Below, in pieces: positions 38,662 through 50,222 of a stretch of 64,000 nt of DNA; the stretch's first letter is position 1; the number at the start of each line of letters is the position of its first letter. Made by a program: the position numbers and the translations under genes. Source of the stretch: Heterodontus francisci. Lineage: Eukaryota. The stretch covers positions 31,393,036 through 31,457,035 of the forward strand of contig NC_090401.1 in assembly GCF_036365525.1 (NCBI RefSeq). The letters run 5' to 3'. Below the pieces are notes generated by a model. The model was not told where the DNA came from, searched no databases, and saw nothing but the letters and a program-made list of their open reading frames with translations.

Positions 38662-39004
38662 GTTTTAGTTTAGAGATACAGCACTGAAACAGGCCCTTCG
38701 GCCCACCGAGTCTGTGCCGACCATCAACCACCCGTTTACACTATTCCTATACTAATTCCATATTCCTACCACATCCCCACCTGTCCCTATATTATCCCTA
38801 CCACCTACCTATACTAGGGGCAATTTATAATGGCCAATTTACCTATCAACCTGCAAGTCTTTGGCATGTGGGAGGAAACCGGAGCACCCGGAGGAAACCC
38901 ACGCAGACACAGGGAGAACTTGCAAACTCCACACAGGCAGTACCCGGAATTGAACCCGGGTCGCTGGAGCTATGAGGCTGCGGTGCTAACCACTGCGCCG
39001 CCCC
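38662..39004 (-). mobile_element. V-SINE copy 4, inserted in the Gypsy 3' untranslated region
   Basis: Reverse complement of the copy 1 sequence; lies ~30 nt upstream of the PPT. Confidence 0.93.
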
Positions 39005-39045
39005 AATATGTTTGGAAAAATATTGGATAAAGACTTGGGTGGAGA

Positions 39046-39310
39046 TGTAGTGTAAGGATGTAAAGTGTTAATGCCAAAGACAGTGAGAGAGACCCCTCCC
39101 CCTGTATGAGTAGTCATTTAACAGTCACGTGAGATAGGCTTGAGAAGAAGAAGGTATAGCAGCACGAAGGATGCCAGCTTAGGTGGCTTGCTGAGAGTGT
39201 ATATAGTAACTGTAAATAATAAAGAGTTGTTAGTTAATCTTTACCGGAGTTGAAGACTTTTTCTACAATGCCCTACAATGTTACCAATACAAATACAGCT
39301 AAACCCAACA
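39046..39310 (+). repeat. Gypsy 3' LTR (265 bp)
   Basis: Direct repeat of 33822-34090. Confidence 0.93.
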
Positions 39311-40618
39311 AAAAACTATGCTAGCTTCTTCTTTAAATGGCTCAGAAAAGGCATGTACCACCAGGCTGAACTCAGCCCATTCATCGTTTTCACTTGCTCT
39401 CTCACTATAGGTAAGAATAGACAGAATTAAAATTATAGTTCTCTAGAGAAGTCTATATAATTGAATCCCACTGTGAACAACACAGACATCTTTCTGGAAC
39501 TTAATAACTATGCAACTGTTCACTGGGAATGGAAAGCTTCTATGCTGAAGTTTTTCCTCAACTAGACAAGCAACAATTTCCTTTAGCTCTGTGTTTTGAC
39601 TTTCACATGGAGGGAAACACAGATGGTTTGAGATCATAAATCCCACTCCAGTATACCGGAAGAGGGAAGGTTTGGTTACCTCACAATTATCCCTAGGGAC
39701 CCTACCTTTAGGGCACATTTCCTCAAAGCTCTGTTGGAAATTTTTTTTAGGTGTACATGGTTTAAAAGTAGAACTAACCTCTGCTGTTACATCCTCCACT
39801 GTAGAACAGCTGGCAACACTTGCCTTCCAGATTTATTCATGGAGGATGGTCAATTGGCAAAAGTTCCAGAGAGCTGATGGTGCACAAGGGACCCCAACAT
39901 GTGCCAAAACCTTCAAGAGATGAGGGGAGAAAATCGGAAATTCAAACTAAAAAACCTTGTAAAAAACAAGTCAATATGTACAGTGTTGCTGAAAACAGAA
40001 TGCTGCTGCTCGAAAACACAAACAATAAATACTCCAATGATAGTTTTGTTTCAGAAGCCTTTGGCCTAAATAGGAACATAGAAGCAGGAGTAGGCCATTC
40101 AGCCCATCGAGCCTGCTCTGCCATTCAATACAATCATGGTTGATCATCCACTTCAATGCCTTTTTCCCACACTATCACCATATCCCTTTATGTCATTGAT
40201 ATTTAGAAATTTGTCAATCACTACTTTAAACATACTCAATGACTGAGCTTCCACAGTCCTCTGGGGCAGAGAATTCCAAAGATTCACAACCCTCTGAGTA
40301 AAGAAATTGCTCCTCATCTCTGACCTAAGCTTCCCCCTTATTTTGAAATTGTGTCCCCTGGTACGAGACTCCCCAACCAGAGGAAACATCTTAGCTGCAT
40401 CTACCCTGTCTATCCCTTTAAGTATTTTGTAGGTTTCAATGAGATCACCTCTCATTCTTCGAAACTCTGGAGAATACAGACCCAGTTTCCCCAATCTCTC
40501 TTCATAGGACAATCCTGCCATTCCAGGAACAAGTCTGGTGAACCTTTGTTGCACTCCCTCTATGGCAATAATATCCTTCCTAAGGTAAGGGGACCAAAAC
40601 TGCGCACAGTATTCCAGG

Positions 40619-40792
40619 ATCTGTGGAAAGAGAAGCAGAGTTAACGTTTCAGGTCAGTGACCGAAGAAGGGTCACTGACCCGAAACATTAACTCTGCTTC
40701 CCTTTCCACAGATGCTGCCAGACCTGCTGAGTGGTTCCAGCATTTCTTGTTTTTATTTCAGATTTCCAGCATCTGCAGTATTTTGCTTTTAT
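40619..40792. mobile_element. 174-bp Penelope-derived insertion with inverted 5' end (hairpin) and hammerhead-like motif; 14-bp TSD
   Basis: TSD cacagtattccagg at 40605-40618 and 40793-40806; arms ~40619-40663 and ~40669-40713 are inverted repeats; homologous to the end of the GIY-YIG-bearing piece at 47935-48560. Confidence 0.85.
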
Positions 40793-41377
40793 CACAGTAT
40801 TCCAGGTGCAGTCCAACCAAGGTTCTATACAAATGAAGCAAAAATTTGTTACTCCTGTTCTTAAATCCTCTTGCAATAATGGCGAACATACCTTTAGCCT
40901 TCTTAATTGCTTGCTGTACCTGCATGTTAGCTTTTAGTGACTTATTGATAAGGACACCCAGGTCCCTTTGTACATCTACACTTTCTAATCTGTTACCATT
41001 TAAGAAATACTCTGCACATCTATTCCTCCTACCAAAATGGATAATCTCACAATTTTCCACATTATATTCCATCTGCCATGTTCTTGCCCATTCACTTAGC
41101 CTGTCCAAATCCCCTTGAAGCTGCTTCGCAACTTCCTCACAACACACATTCCCACCTAGTTTTGTGTCATCTGCAAACTTGGAAATATTACATTTGGTCT
41201 CCACACCCAAATCATTGATATATATTGTGAACAGCTGGGGCCCAAGTACTGATCCTTGCGGTACCCCACTAGTCACAGCCTGCCAACACGAGAATGACCC
41301 GTTTATTCCTACTCTCTGCTTTCTGCCTGTTAACCAATCCTTAATCCATGCCAGTATATTATCTCCTATCCCATGTT

Positions 41378-41724
41378 GGGCGGCACAGTGGCCCAGTGGT
41401 TAGCACCGCAGCCTCACAGCTCCAGCGACCCGGGTTCAAATCTGGGTATTGCCTGTGTGGAATTTGCAAGTTCTCCCTGTGTCTGCGTGGGTTTCCTCCG
41501 GGTGCTCCGGTTTCCTCCTACATGCCAAAGACTTGCAGGTTGATAGGTAAATTGGCCATTAGCAATTGCCCCTAGTATAGGTAGGTGGTAGGGAAATATA
41601 GGGACAGGTGGGAATGTGGTAGGAATATGGAATTAGTGTAGGATTAGTATAAATGGGTGGTTGATGATCGGCACAGACTCGGTGGGCCGAAGGGCCTGTT
41701 TCAGTGCTGTATCTCTAAAACTAA
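41378..41724 (+). mobile_element. V-SINE copy 5
   Basis: Near-identical to copy 1; short flanking duplication atgt. Confidence 0.93.
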
Positions 41725-44700
41725 ATGTGCTTTAATTTTGCTAACCAACCTCCTGTGGGGGACTTTACTAAAAGCCTTCTGAACATCCAAGTATACTACA
41801 TCCACCAACTCCCCTTTATCAATTCTGTTAGTAACATCCTCAAAAAAACTCCCAACAGGTTCGTCAAACATGATTTCCCATTCATAAATCCATGTTGACT
41901 ATGCCCAATCAGATCATTATTATCCAAGTGTCCATTTATCACATCCTTGAGAATAGATTCTAGCATATTTCCTACTATTGATGTAAGGCTAACAGGACTG
42001 TAGTTCCCTGTTTTCTCTCTCCCATCCTTCTTAAATAGTGGGGTGACATTTGCTATCTTCCAATCTGCAGGAACCGTTCCAGAATCTATAGAATTTTGGA
42101 AGATGATCATCGGTGTTTCCATTATTTCCATAGCTACCTCTTTCAACACTCTGGGATATAGACTATCAGGTCCCAGGGATTTATCAACCTTCAGCCCCAT
42201 TAATTTCTCCAATACAACCTTCTTACTAATACTAATTTCCTTCAATTCCTCATTCTCCCTACTCCCTTGGATTGCTCATTCTGGGAGATTTCTTGTATCT
42301 TCCTTGATGAAGACAGACACAAAGTAATCATTTAGCTTCTCTGCCATTTCTCTATTCTCCATTATAAATTCTCCTGACTCTGCCTGTAATGGACCCACAT
42401 TTGCCTTAGCCAAATGTTTCCTTTTTACGTATCTATAGAAGCTTTTACAGTCCATTTTTATGTTTTTTGCTAGTTTACATTCATATTCTATTCTCCCTTT
42501 CTTTATCAGTTTCTTGGTCCTCCTTTGCTGTATTCTAAAATCCTCCCAATCCTCAGGTTTACTATTATTTCTGCCAACTTTATAGGCCTTTTCTTTTAAT
42601 CTTATACAATCCTTATCTTTCTTGTTAGCCACGGTTGACTGACTTTTCTTTTTGTGTTTTTATGCCTTGAAGGAATGTATAATTGCTGTAAACTATATAA
42701 TAATTCTTTAAAGATTGCCTATGTACTGTCATACCTTTTAATGTATTTTCTGAATCCACCTCAGCCAATTTGTCCCTCATACCTTCATAATTTCCTTTGT
42801 TCAAATTTAACACCCTGGCTTCAGATTGAACCACCTCACTTTCAAACATCATGTAAAATTCTATCATATTATGGTCACTCATCCCTAAATGTTATTTAAC
42901 AAGATAATTAATTAGCCCTTTCTCATCGCATATTACTAGCTCTAATATAGCATTTTCTCTAGTTGGTTCCTCAACATACTGCTATAGAAAACCATCCCTA
43001 ACACACTCCAGAAACTTGTCCTCCACAGCATTAGTGCTCATTCGGTTTATCCAGTCTATATGCAGATTGAAGTCACCCATAATTACTGTATTACCCATGC
43101 TACATGCTTCTCTAATCTCCTGATCAGTACCATCAGTACCACTACTGTTTGGTGGCATATAAACAACTCTTACCAATGTTTGCGACCTCTTGCTGTTTCT
43201 TAGCTCCACCCAAACAGATTCCACTTTTTGTTCTTCTGATCTGAGATCCTCCCTTACTAGTCTACTGATCCCAGCCCTTATTATCAGTGCAACACCACCT
43301 CCTTTTCCTTTTTGCCTGTCCTTCATAAATGTCGAATATCTTCGAATATTCAGTTCCCAGTCTTGGTCACCATATAGCCACGTTTCAGTAATGGCAATTA
43401 GATCATACCCATTACCTCTATTACCTTTAAATTATCAACCTTGTTGTGTATGCTGCATGCATTCAGGTAGAGTGCCCTTAAGCTTGTCTTCTTGACTTTA
43501 TTCTGCATTCTAAGCAGTGTTGATGCTCGTCTTTGTTTCGCCTGCCTTCTGTCACTTGCTACTTTTCTACCTCCTGTTACCAGTTTTATTTCCTTCCAAT
43601 TTGAGCTACCCTTCACGTTCCCATCTATCTGACAAGCTAGTTTAAACCCTTTCCAACAGCACTAGCAAATCTCCCTGCGAGGATATTAGTTCCTTAAAGC
43701 ATACAACTCCTTTAGCTGTTCATCCAAATAGGTCACGTTAAAAACTCGCCATGTATTTACTGCCAATCTAGATGCTGTCCTTGTATAGTTCGAAAACTGT
43801 CTGATAAACCAATTTTAGCGTCTCCACGAGAGCACACATTCTTTGCCTGCATATAAATGTACAGAAAACAAGGGAGAACAAACTATGACACACTTAAAGT
43901 GTATTTGTCCACTTTTAAATAGTTTTTTTCTGCTTTTGAAGCACTCCCAAAGATAAGGGCAACAGTCCATGTACTGAGTGAGAGATTCAGCCATCATTTG
44001 CTGCAATGAATAAATCTTTTGTGCCAATGAGACGTGTCAGTTAATCATAGGAGTACAAATAGAGACAGCAGCTCTGCAACTTCTCCCTCCCCCACACTCT
44101 GACTGCCTGCAACCTGTGTCGGCATCACACGAATGATCGAATGTTTTGTTCAGTGCGAAGATTTAACATGGTAAATTCTCAAAGAGTAAACAGCTTCCAA
44201 CTGCTTTTCTTTCGTCGTTGAAAGTAATTTACTACCTTTAAACAAAAGCGGGAGCATGCACCTTTAAGAGCACACATGATTAATTATTTTATCCAATTCT
44301 GTTTCAATACATTCAATGTTCCAAAGTGCTATCTCTGTTGTAACATTATTATATCATGTTGCATTTTATTCCATGTTCTTTTCAAATGTTCCACACAGTA
44401 TAAAACCTTCTTGAAAATCCCATAATAATACTCCACTGCTAACATGTACTCAAGTTAAATAAAGTTGTACGTATAGATTATTATACTTCTGGACTGGCTT
44501 TGGTGGCAAAGGATCAAGTGCCATCAAGAAGCTTGTAACCTGACGTTCCCAAAGTATAGCACTCTACAGATAATCCATAGCATATTAACTCCTTTACTAA
44601 TTCAGGCCAGCACCACTACCATATTTAAATCAGTAATTTAGGTTCTGATAATCGGCTATAATGTTGATGTGCCGTTCCCCTTTTCAGGTGCTTACAATCC

Positions 44701-45361
44701 CCTGTGTGTATTTAAAGCATTCCTCTTTTTATTTTATATTGAAAATTAATGCCTACTTTGAAACTATTTCCTGCCATCATTCCATAGCTATTAATAAAAA
44801 ATATCTTAAAGTAATAAAACTGCAAACAAAGTACATCCAACCACTTGAATAATGGGAAATACGCATCATCTATCTACTAATATTTGGCACCAGTACATGT
44901 TGTTAAACTTGGACTTACAGCCACTAAGCAGCCCACAGCCTGAAGACCAATCAAAAACATGATTACACATGACTAGAGCATTGGCATCAAAGCAACTAGC
45001 CACGTGAGGACCTTTGTGACATGACTCATGCTTCCATCCTTTTTAATTTATTGGTCTGTCACATGGCTTAATTGAGAAACCCCAAAGGGACATTACCAAA
45101 TATCTATTTCATAATTAGCAATATCATTCCACTGAAGTGATGAGGTGTACTGATGGAATTACTTTTATTTCTTTTACCATGGATTTAAAAGGCAAGAATG
45201 GATATAAATGTATTCATAAGTAAGATTTTATTTAAATTACAAAAATAGAAGTTAAACTAGGATTACCATTTCAAATGCATTCATTTTCTTGTGGAATTGC
45301 AAACAGGATCAGAAGAGCAGAAATTATCCTTTTTATTAAGATCTTTTGCAATGACTTAATA

Positions 45362-45580
45362 GAACCATAGGAAGAGGAGTAGACCATTAACAGCTTGATC
45401 TGTTCCGTCATTCAATTAGACCTGTACCTCAGTTCCATTTATCCACCTTCGATCCAACCTACCCTTACCTAGTAAATATGTCAATAACACTTCTGAAATT
45501 TTCAAATGACCCAGTAACCACAGCTTTTTGGCAGAGAGAATTCCAGATTTCCACTACGCTTTGTGTGGAAAAATGCTTCC
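45362..45580 (-). mobile_element. Decayed CR1-like 3' fragment
   Basis: ataggaagaggagtagaccatt tail; gcagagagaattccagatttccactacgctttgtgtggaaaaatgcttcc. Confidence 0.7.
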
Positions 45581-45979
45581 TGAGTTTACTCCTTATAAAG
45601 ACTCAAATTTCACAAGTGCTAATTTCTCCACATAACAAATTAAACAACTTTAATCTTGAATATTGAAGGGCCCAGTTAATTTTTACATATCTTACCTTGT
45701 GGTTGGTTGTGATTCTTCCTTCACTTCGACATTACCTTGGTGATCTCTTAATATGGGTGAACGCTCGCATATCACTTAACCACAAGATGGTCTCCACGGG
45801 GGTAGTTATTTTAATTAAGCAAATTCTTTGGTACTGTCTGGCCATTTAAAGAAATTATAAGCAACATGTTCAGAGTTATCTTACTGTGGTATTCAGATAT
45901 ACAGAAAGCAAGTTCTTTCTCATTAAACTCTTTCAGGAATGTAAGTAGCGGTTGTACTCAAGAACATTTAAGAAAAACT

Positions 45980-46032
45980 TGTGTGTGTATAGAGAGAGAT
46001 AGAGAGAATGAGAGAGAGAGAGAGAGAGAGAG
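45980..46032. repeat. (GT)n/(GA)n microsatellite
   Basis: Short GT run followed by an interrupted (GA)n tract. Confidence 0.9.
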
Positions 46033-46039
46033 TACCCTA

Positions 46040-46300
46040 TTACGTCCTTAGGATGTCTCAAAATGCTTCACAATCAATGAACACATTTTTAAGTTCAACT
46101 ACTGTTGTTATGTAGGCAAACATAGTAGTCAATTTTTGGCCAGGGCTCCATAAACAGCAAATGAACAAATGACCAGATAATCAGATTTTTTTTGTTGTTG
46201 CTGTTAGTCAGAACACTGGGAGAACTTCCTCTTCTCTTTTGGGTAGTGCCATGGAATCTGTTATGTCGATCTGAATTGGCAAACGAGGCATAGGCTTAAT
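46040..46300 (-). mobile_element. DeuSINE-type SINE remnant
   Basis: Reverse complement contains ccatggcactac...gaagttctcccagtgttc...ctgattatctggtcatt...ttgctgtttatggagc, matching the Deu domain. Confidence 0.7.
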
Positions 46301-47095
46301 TTTTTTTTTCATGGCATGTGGGCGTCCCTAATTGCCCTCGAGAAGGTGGTGGTGAGCTGCCTTCTAGAACTGCTGCAGTCCATGTGGGGTAGGTATGCCC
46401 ACAGTGCTGTTGGGAAGGGAGTTCCAGGATTTTGACCCAGCGACAGTGAAGGAATGGCGATATAGTTCCAAGTCAGGATGGTGTGTGGCTTGGAGTGGAA
46501 CTTGCAGGTGGTGGTGTTCCCATGCATTTGCTGCCCTTGTCCTTCTAGGTGGTACGAGGTTGTGGGTTTGGAAGATGCTGTGTAAGGAACCTTGGTGCTT
46601 TGCTGCAGCGCATCTTGTAGATGGTACACACTGCTACCACTATGCGTCTGTGGTGGAGGAAGTGAATGTTTGTAGATGGGATGCCAATCAAGCGGGCTAC
46701 TTTGTCCTGGATGATGTTGAGCTTCTTGAGTGTTGTTGGAGATGCACCCATCCAGGCAAGTGCAGAGTATTCCATCACACTCCTGACTTGTGCCTTGTAG
46801 ATGGTGAACAGGCTTTGAGGAGTCAGGAAGTGAGTTACTCGTGGCAGGATTCCTAGCCTCTGACCTGCTCTTGCATTTATATCACTACTCCAGTTCAGTT
46901 TCTGGTCAACGGTAACCCCCAGGATGTTGATAGTGGGGGATTCAGTGACCATAATGCCATTGAATGTCAAGGTAAGATGGTTAGATTCTCTCTTGTTGGA
47001 GATGATCATTGCCTGGCACTTGTGTGGCACGAATGTTTCTTTCCACTCATCAGCCCAAGCCTGCATATTGTCCAGGTCTTCTTGTATTTCTATGC
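46301..47095 (-). mobile_element. LINE family B 3' fragment
   Basis: ORF 46545..47066 (QAWADEWK...IYKAQVRSVMEYSALAW); A-tail seen as a T run at ~46300. Confidence 0.92.
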
Positions 47096-48775
47096 AGACA
47101 TCGAAGATGAAAATTGTTGAGTTTTCTTTCTTGATAGCTGTAAATCATCCATGCTTCACAGCCGAAGAGCCAGGCGCTAAGAACACTGGCCTCAAAAACC
47201 AACACCTTGGTCCTGAGAGTCAGCTGTTGTTTATCCAGGCACTTTCCGAGAGTCGGCCAAAGGTGGTAGCTGCTTTCCCTGTGTGTGTCGAATTTGCTAA
47301 CACTTACGAACATACGGGCATATGAATTAGGAGCAGAAGTAGGCCATTCGGCCCCTCTAGCTTGCTCCGCCTCCACCACCTTCTGAGGCAGAGAGTTCCA
47401 AAGTCGCATTGGACTTACATTGGAGTTTTTCTAAGTGTGATCGAGGACAGAGGGATGACACCCTGTCCCATAACCACAGTTTTCTTGATGCTCATAGTAA
47501 GGTAGAACAGGTTACAGGCATGAGAGAGACAATCTGAGTCTTTGTAGTTGAGTTTCCATGTGGGCTGCTCGTGCAGCATCACCAGTGTAGAGGAATTCCC
47601 TGATCAAGACGTGCTGTATTTCCTCACTTTCAACCTGGACAGAACTAAAATGCAGGGAAACTCCTTTCATATCTGCAGGGAAGGCAAAGGTGAGGAGGAT
47701 GGAGAAGAAAATTTGAGGCTAGGATACAGCCCTGTTTCACTCCATTCTTCACACTTTCACTGTCAGAAATGGTGCCGTCAAACTGTACAGCACTGTGCAT
47801 GTTGTCATGAAAGGAATGGATGAGATCAAGGAGCTTTGGTGGACAAATTTTCTCCATAATCTTGTAGAGTCCTGCTCTCTTGACAGTATAGAATTCTTTT
47901 GTGAGATCTATGAAAACAAGGTAGAGAGATACGTAATAAAAACAAAAAATGCTGGAAATACTCAACTGGCCCGGCAGCATCCATGGAGAGAGAAGCAGAG
48001 TCAACGTTTCAGGTCAGTGACTCTTCATCAGAAATGGCAAATGTTAGAAATGTAATAGGTTTTAAGCAAATAAAGTGGGGGTGGTGCAAGAGATAACAAA
48101 AGGGAAGGTGTTGATAGGACAGAGGGTCATAGAGAATAACTGACCAGAAGGTCATGGAGCAAAGGTAAATGGTATGTTAATGGTGCGCTGAAAGACAAAG
48201 CGTTAGTGCAGAGAGGGTGTTAATTGACAGAAAAATGAACAGCCCTGGCCCAAAGCGCAAACATGAAAAAAAACAGTGGGTAGGCACATGGTAAAAAAAT
48301 GAATGAAACAAACTAACATAAAACAAATAAAAAAGAAAAAATAGCTAAAAATAAAATTGAAAAGGGGGGCCCGTCATACTCTGTTATTATTGAACTCAAT
48401 GTTCAGTCCGGCAGTCTGTAGAATGCCCAATCAGTAAATGAGATGCTGTTCCTCGAGCTTGCTTGATGTTCACTGGAGCACTGCAGCAAGCCCAGGACAG
48501 TATGTGGGCATGAGAGCAGGTGAATGTGTTGAAATGGCAAGCAACCGGAAGCTCGGGATTAGGTTTTCATAGAGAGGTATGTCCTGTTCCCAACACTTCT
48601 CTTGTAGTTGGTGCATGGAAAAGATCATGTCTACTGTAGATTTGCCAGCACAAAAGCTGCACTGTGCTTCTGGATACACTCAGTCTGCAAGTTGATGGAG
48701 TCTTTTCAGCGTGACCCTAACAAAGTCTTTCCCAGTGACACTGAGGAGTGAGTTGCCCTTGTAGTTCTCGCAGTG
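47096..48775 (-). mobile_element. Old RTE-clade LINE RT region, fragmented by a CR1 tail (~47305-47410) and a Penelope-like insertion (47935-48560)
   Basis: YPEAQCSFCAGKSTVDMIFSMHQLQEKCWEQ; LYLVFIDLTK; CPPKLLDLIHSFHDNM; GVKQGCILA; LTLRTKVLVF...LNNFHLRCL. Confidence 0.88.
47935..48560 (-). mobile_element. Penelope-like element 3' part: GIY-YIG C-terminal remnant plus pseudo-LTR with hammerhead-like motif
   Basis: Minus-strand translation VLGLLQCSSEH/KLEEQHLIY*LGILQTAGLNIEF; CTGATGA-stem-GAAACGTT at 48031-48003; decayed TSD tagagagatacgt / tagagaggtatgt (47922-47934, 48570-48582). Confidence 0.82.
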
Positions 48776-48789
48776 TACCACTATACTAA

Positions 48790-49720
48790 ATAGGCTAAAT
48801 TCAGAACAGATCTAGCAGCTCAAAACTGGGCATCTTTGAAATGCTGTTGACCATGAGCAACAGCAAAATTGTATTCCACCACAATCTGTAACCTCATGGC
48901 CTGGCATATCTGTCATTCTACCATTAGTATCAAGCCAGATTACCAACTTGGTTCAGTGAAGTCTAGGAGAACTTGCCAGGAGCAGCACCAGGCATACCTA
49001 AAAATGAGCTGCCAACCCAGTAAAGCTACAACACAGGAATACATGTATGCTATAAACAGAGCGAATCAATCCCACAACCAATAGATCAGGTTAAAACTCT
49101 ACACTCCTATCACATCCATTTGTGAATGGTGGTGGACAATTCAGTAACTATCTGGGGGAGGAAGCTCCATGAACACCATCAACATACTGGGGGTTACCAT
49201 TGACCAGCAAATTAACTGAAGCAGGCAAATAAATACTGTGGCTACGAGAGCAGGCCAGAGGCTAGGAGTTTTGCAGTGAGTAAACTGCCTCTGCACTCCC
49301 CAAAGCCTTTCCACCATCTACAAGGCACAAGTCAGGAGTTTAATGGAATACTCTCCACTTGCCTGGATGAGTGTAGCTCCCAACAATTCAAGAAGCTCAA
49401 CACCATCCAGAACAAAGCAGTCCACTTGATCGGCACCCCATCCACCACCTTAAACATTCACTCCCTCCACCATCAGTGCACAGTGGCAGCAGTGTGTAAC
49501 ATATACAAAATGTACTGCAGCACCTTCCAAACCTGCGACCTCTACCACCTAGGACAAAGGCATGGGAACAGCACCACGTTCAAGTTCCCCTCCAAGTCAT
49601 GCACCAACCTGACTCGGAACAATATCGCCGTTCTTTCACTGTCTCTGGGTCAAAATCCTGGAACTCTCTGCCTAACAGTACTGTGGGTGTACCTACACCA
49701 TATGGACCATAGTAGTTCAA
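48790..49720 (+). mobile_element. LINE family B, internally deleted remnant
   Basis: aacatactgggggttaccattgaccag, caaggcacaagtcaggag, gggtcaaaatcctggaactc, plus an upstream ORF2 piece. Confidence 0.82.
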
Positions 49721-49899
49721 AGGGGGTGTATGTTAACTGTTATCAGTATGAATCATGCTTGAAAAATGCTTTATGAAGGAGTAACACCTGCCCACCCTGT
49801 TAACAGTATTCAAGAAATTAAACAAAATGCTTATGGGTAAATGTTCACTTTAGTGCACAAGTCTTTTTCAGATCTCAAGAGTTGAAAGGCTCAAAGGCA

Positions 49900-50222
49900 C
49901 AAAAATCAAAGGTAACACTCCAGTACAGTACTGAGGGCATGCACGTGCAGTCTTTCAATGAGAGGTTAAAGCTAGGCCCTGTCTGTTCTCTCAGGTGGAC
50001 AAAGAGCAGGAAAGTGATCAATATTTATCCCTCAATCAGTATCGCATAAACAGATTATCTGGTCATCACATTGCTTGCGAGAGCTTGTTGTATGCAAATT
50101 GGTTGCTGTGTTTCCTACCTTACAACAGTGACTACACTTCAAAAGTACAGCATTGGCTGTAAAGTGCTTTGGGATATCCTATAATCTTGGAAGGTGGTAT
50201 ATAAATGCAAGTTTTTCTTTCT
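49900..50222 (+). mobile_element. DeuSINE-type SINE
   Basis: ctgttctctcaggtggac...aatatttatccctcaa...acagattatctggtcat...caaattggttgctgtgtttcctac...tatataaatgcaagt. Confidence 0.8.

Larger units (their letters stand above)
33822..39310 (+). mobile_element. Full-length, inactivated Gypsy/Ty3 LTR retrotransposon (Mag-like)
   Basis: LTRs 33822-34090 and 39046-39310 (TG...CA); PBS-like tggtggctgtgg after the 5' LTR; purine tract gggtggaga before the 3' LTR; approximate TSD aaaac; domain order gag-PR-RT-RH-IN. Confidence 0.95.
40073..43690 (-). mobile_element. CR1-like LINE (family A), near-complete ORF2 (APE endonuclease plus RT) and 3' tail; two nested insertions
   Basis: LYLNACSIHNK, KGGGVALII, GDFNLHIDW, GPDSLYPRVLKE, GVPQGSVLGPQLF, SKFADDTKLG, RRMRGDLIETYKIL; tail gggctgaatggcctactcctgcttctatgttcct. 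Confidence 0.94.
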
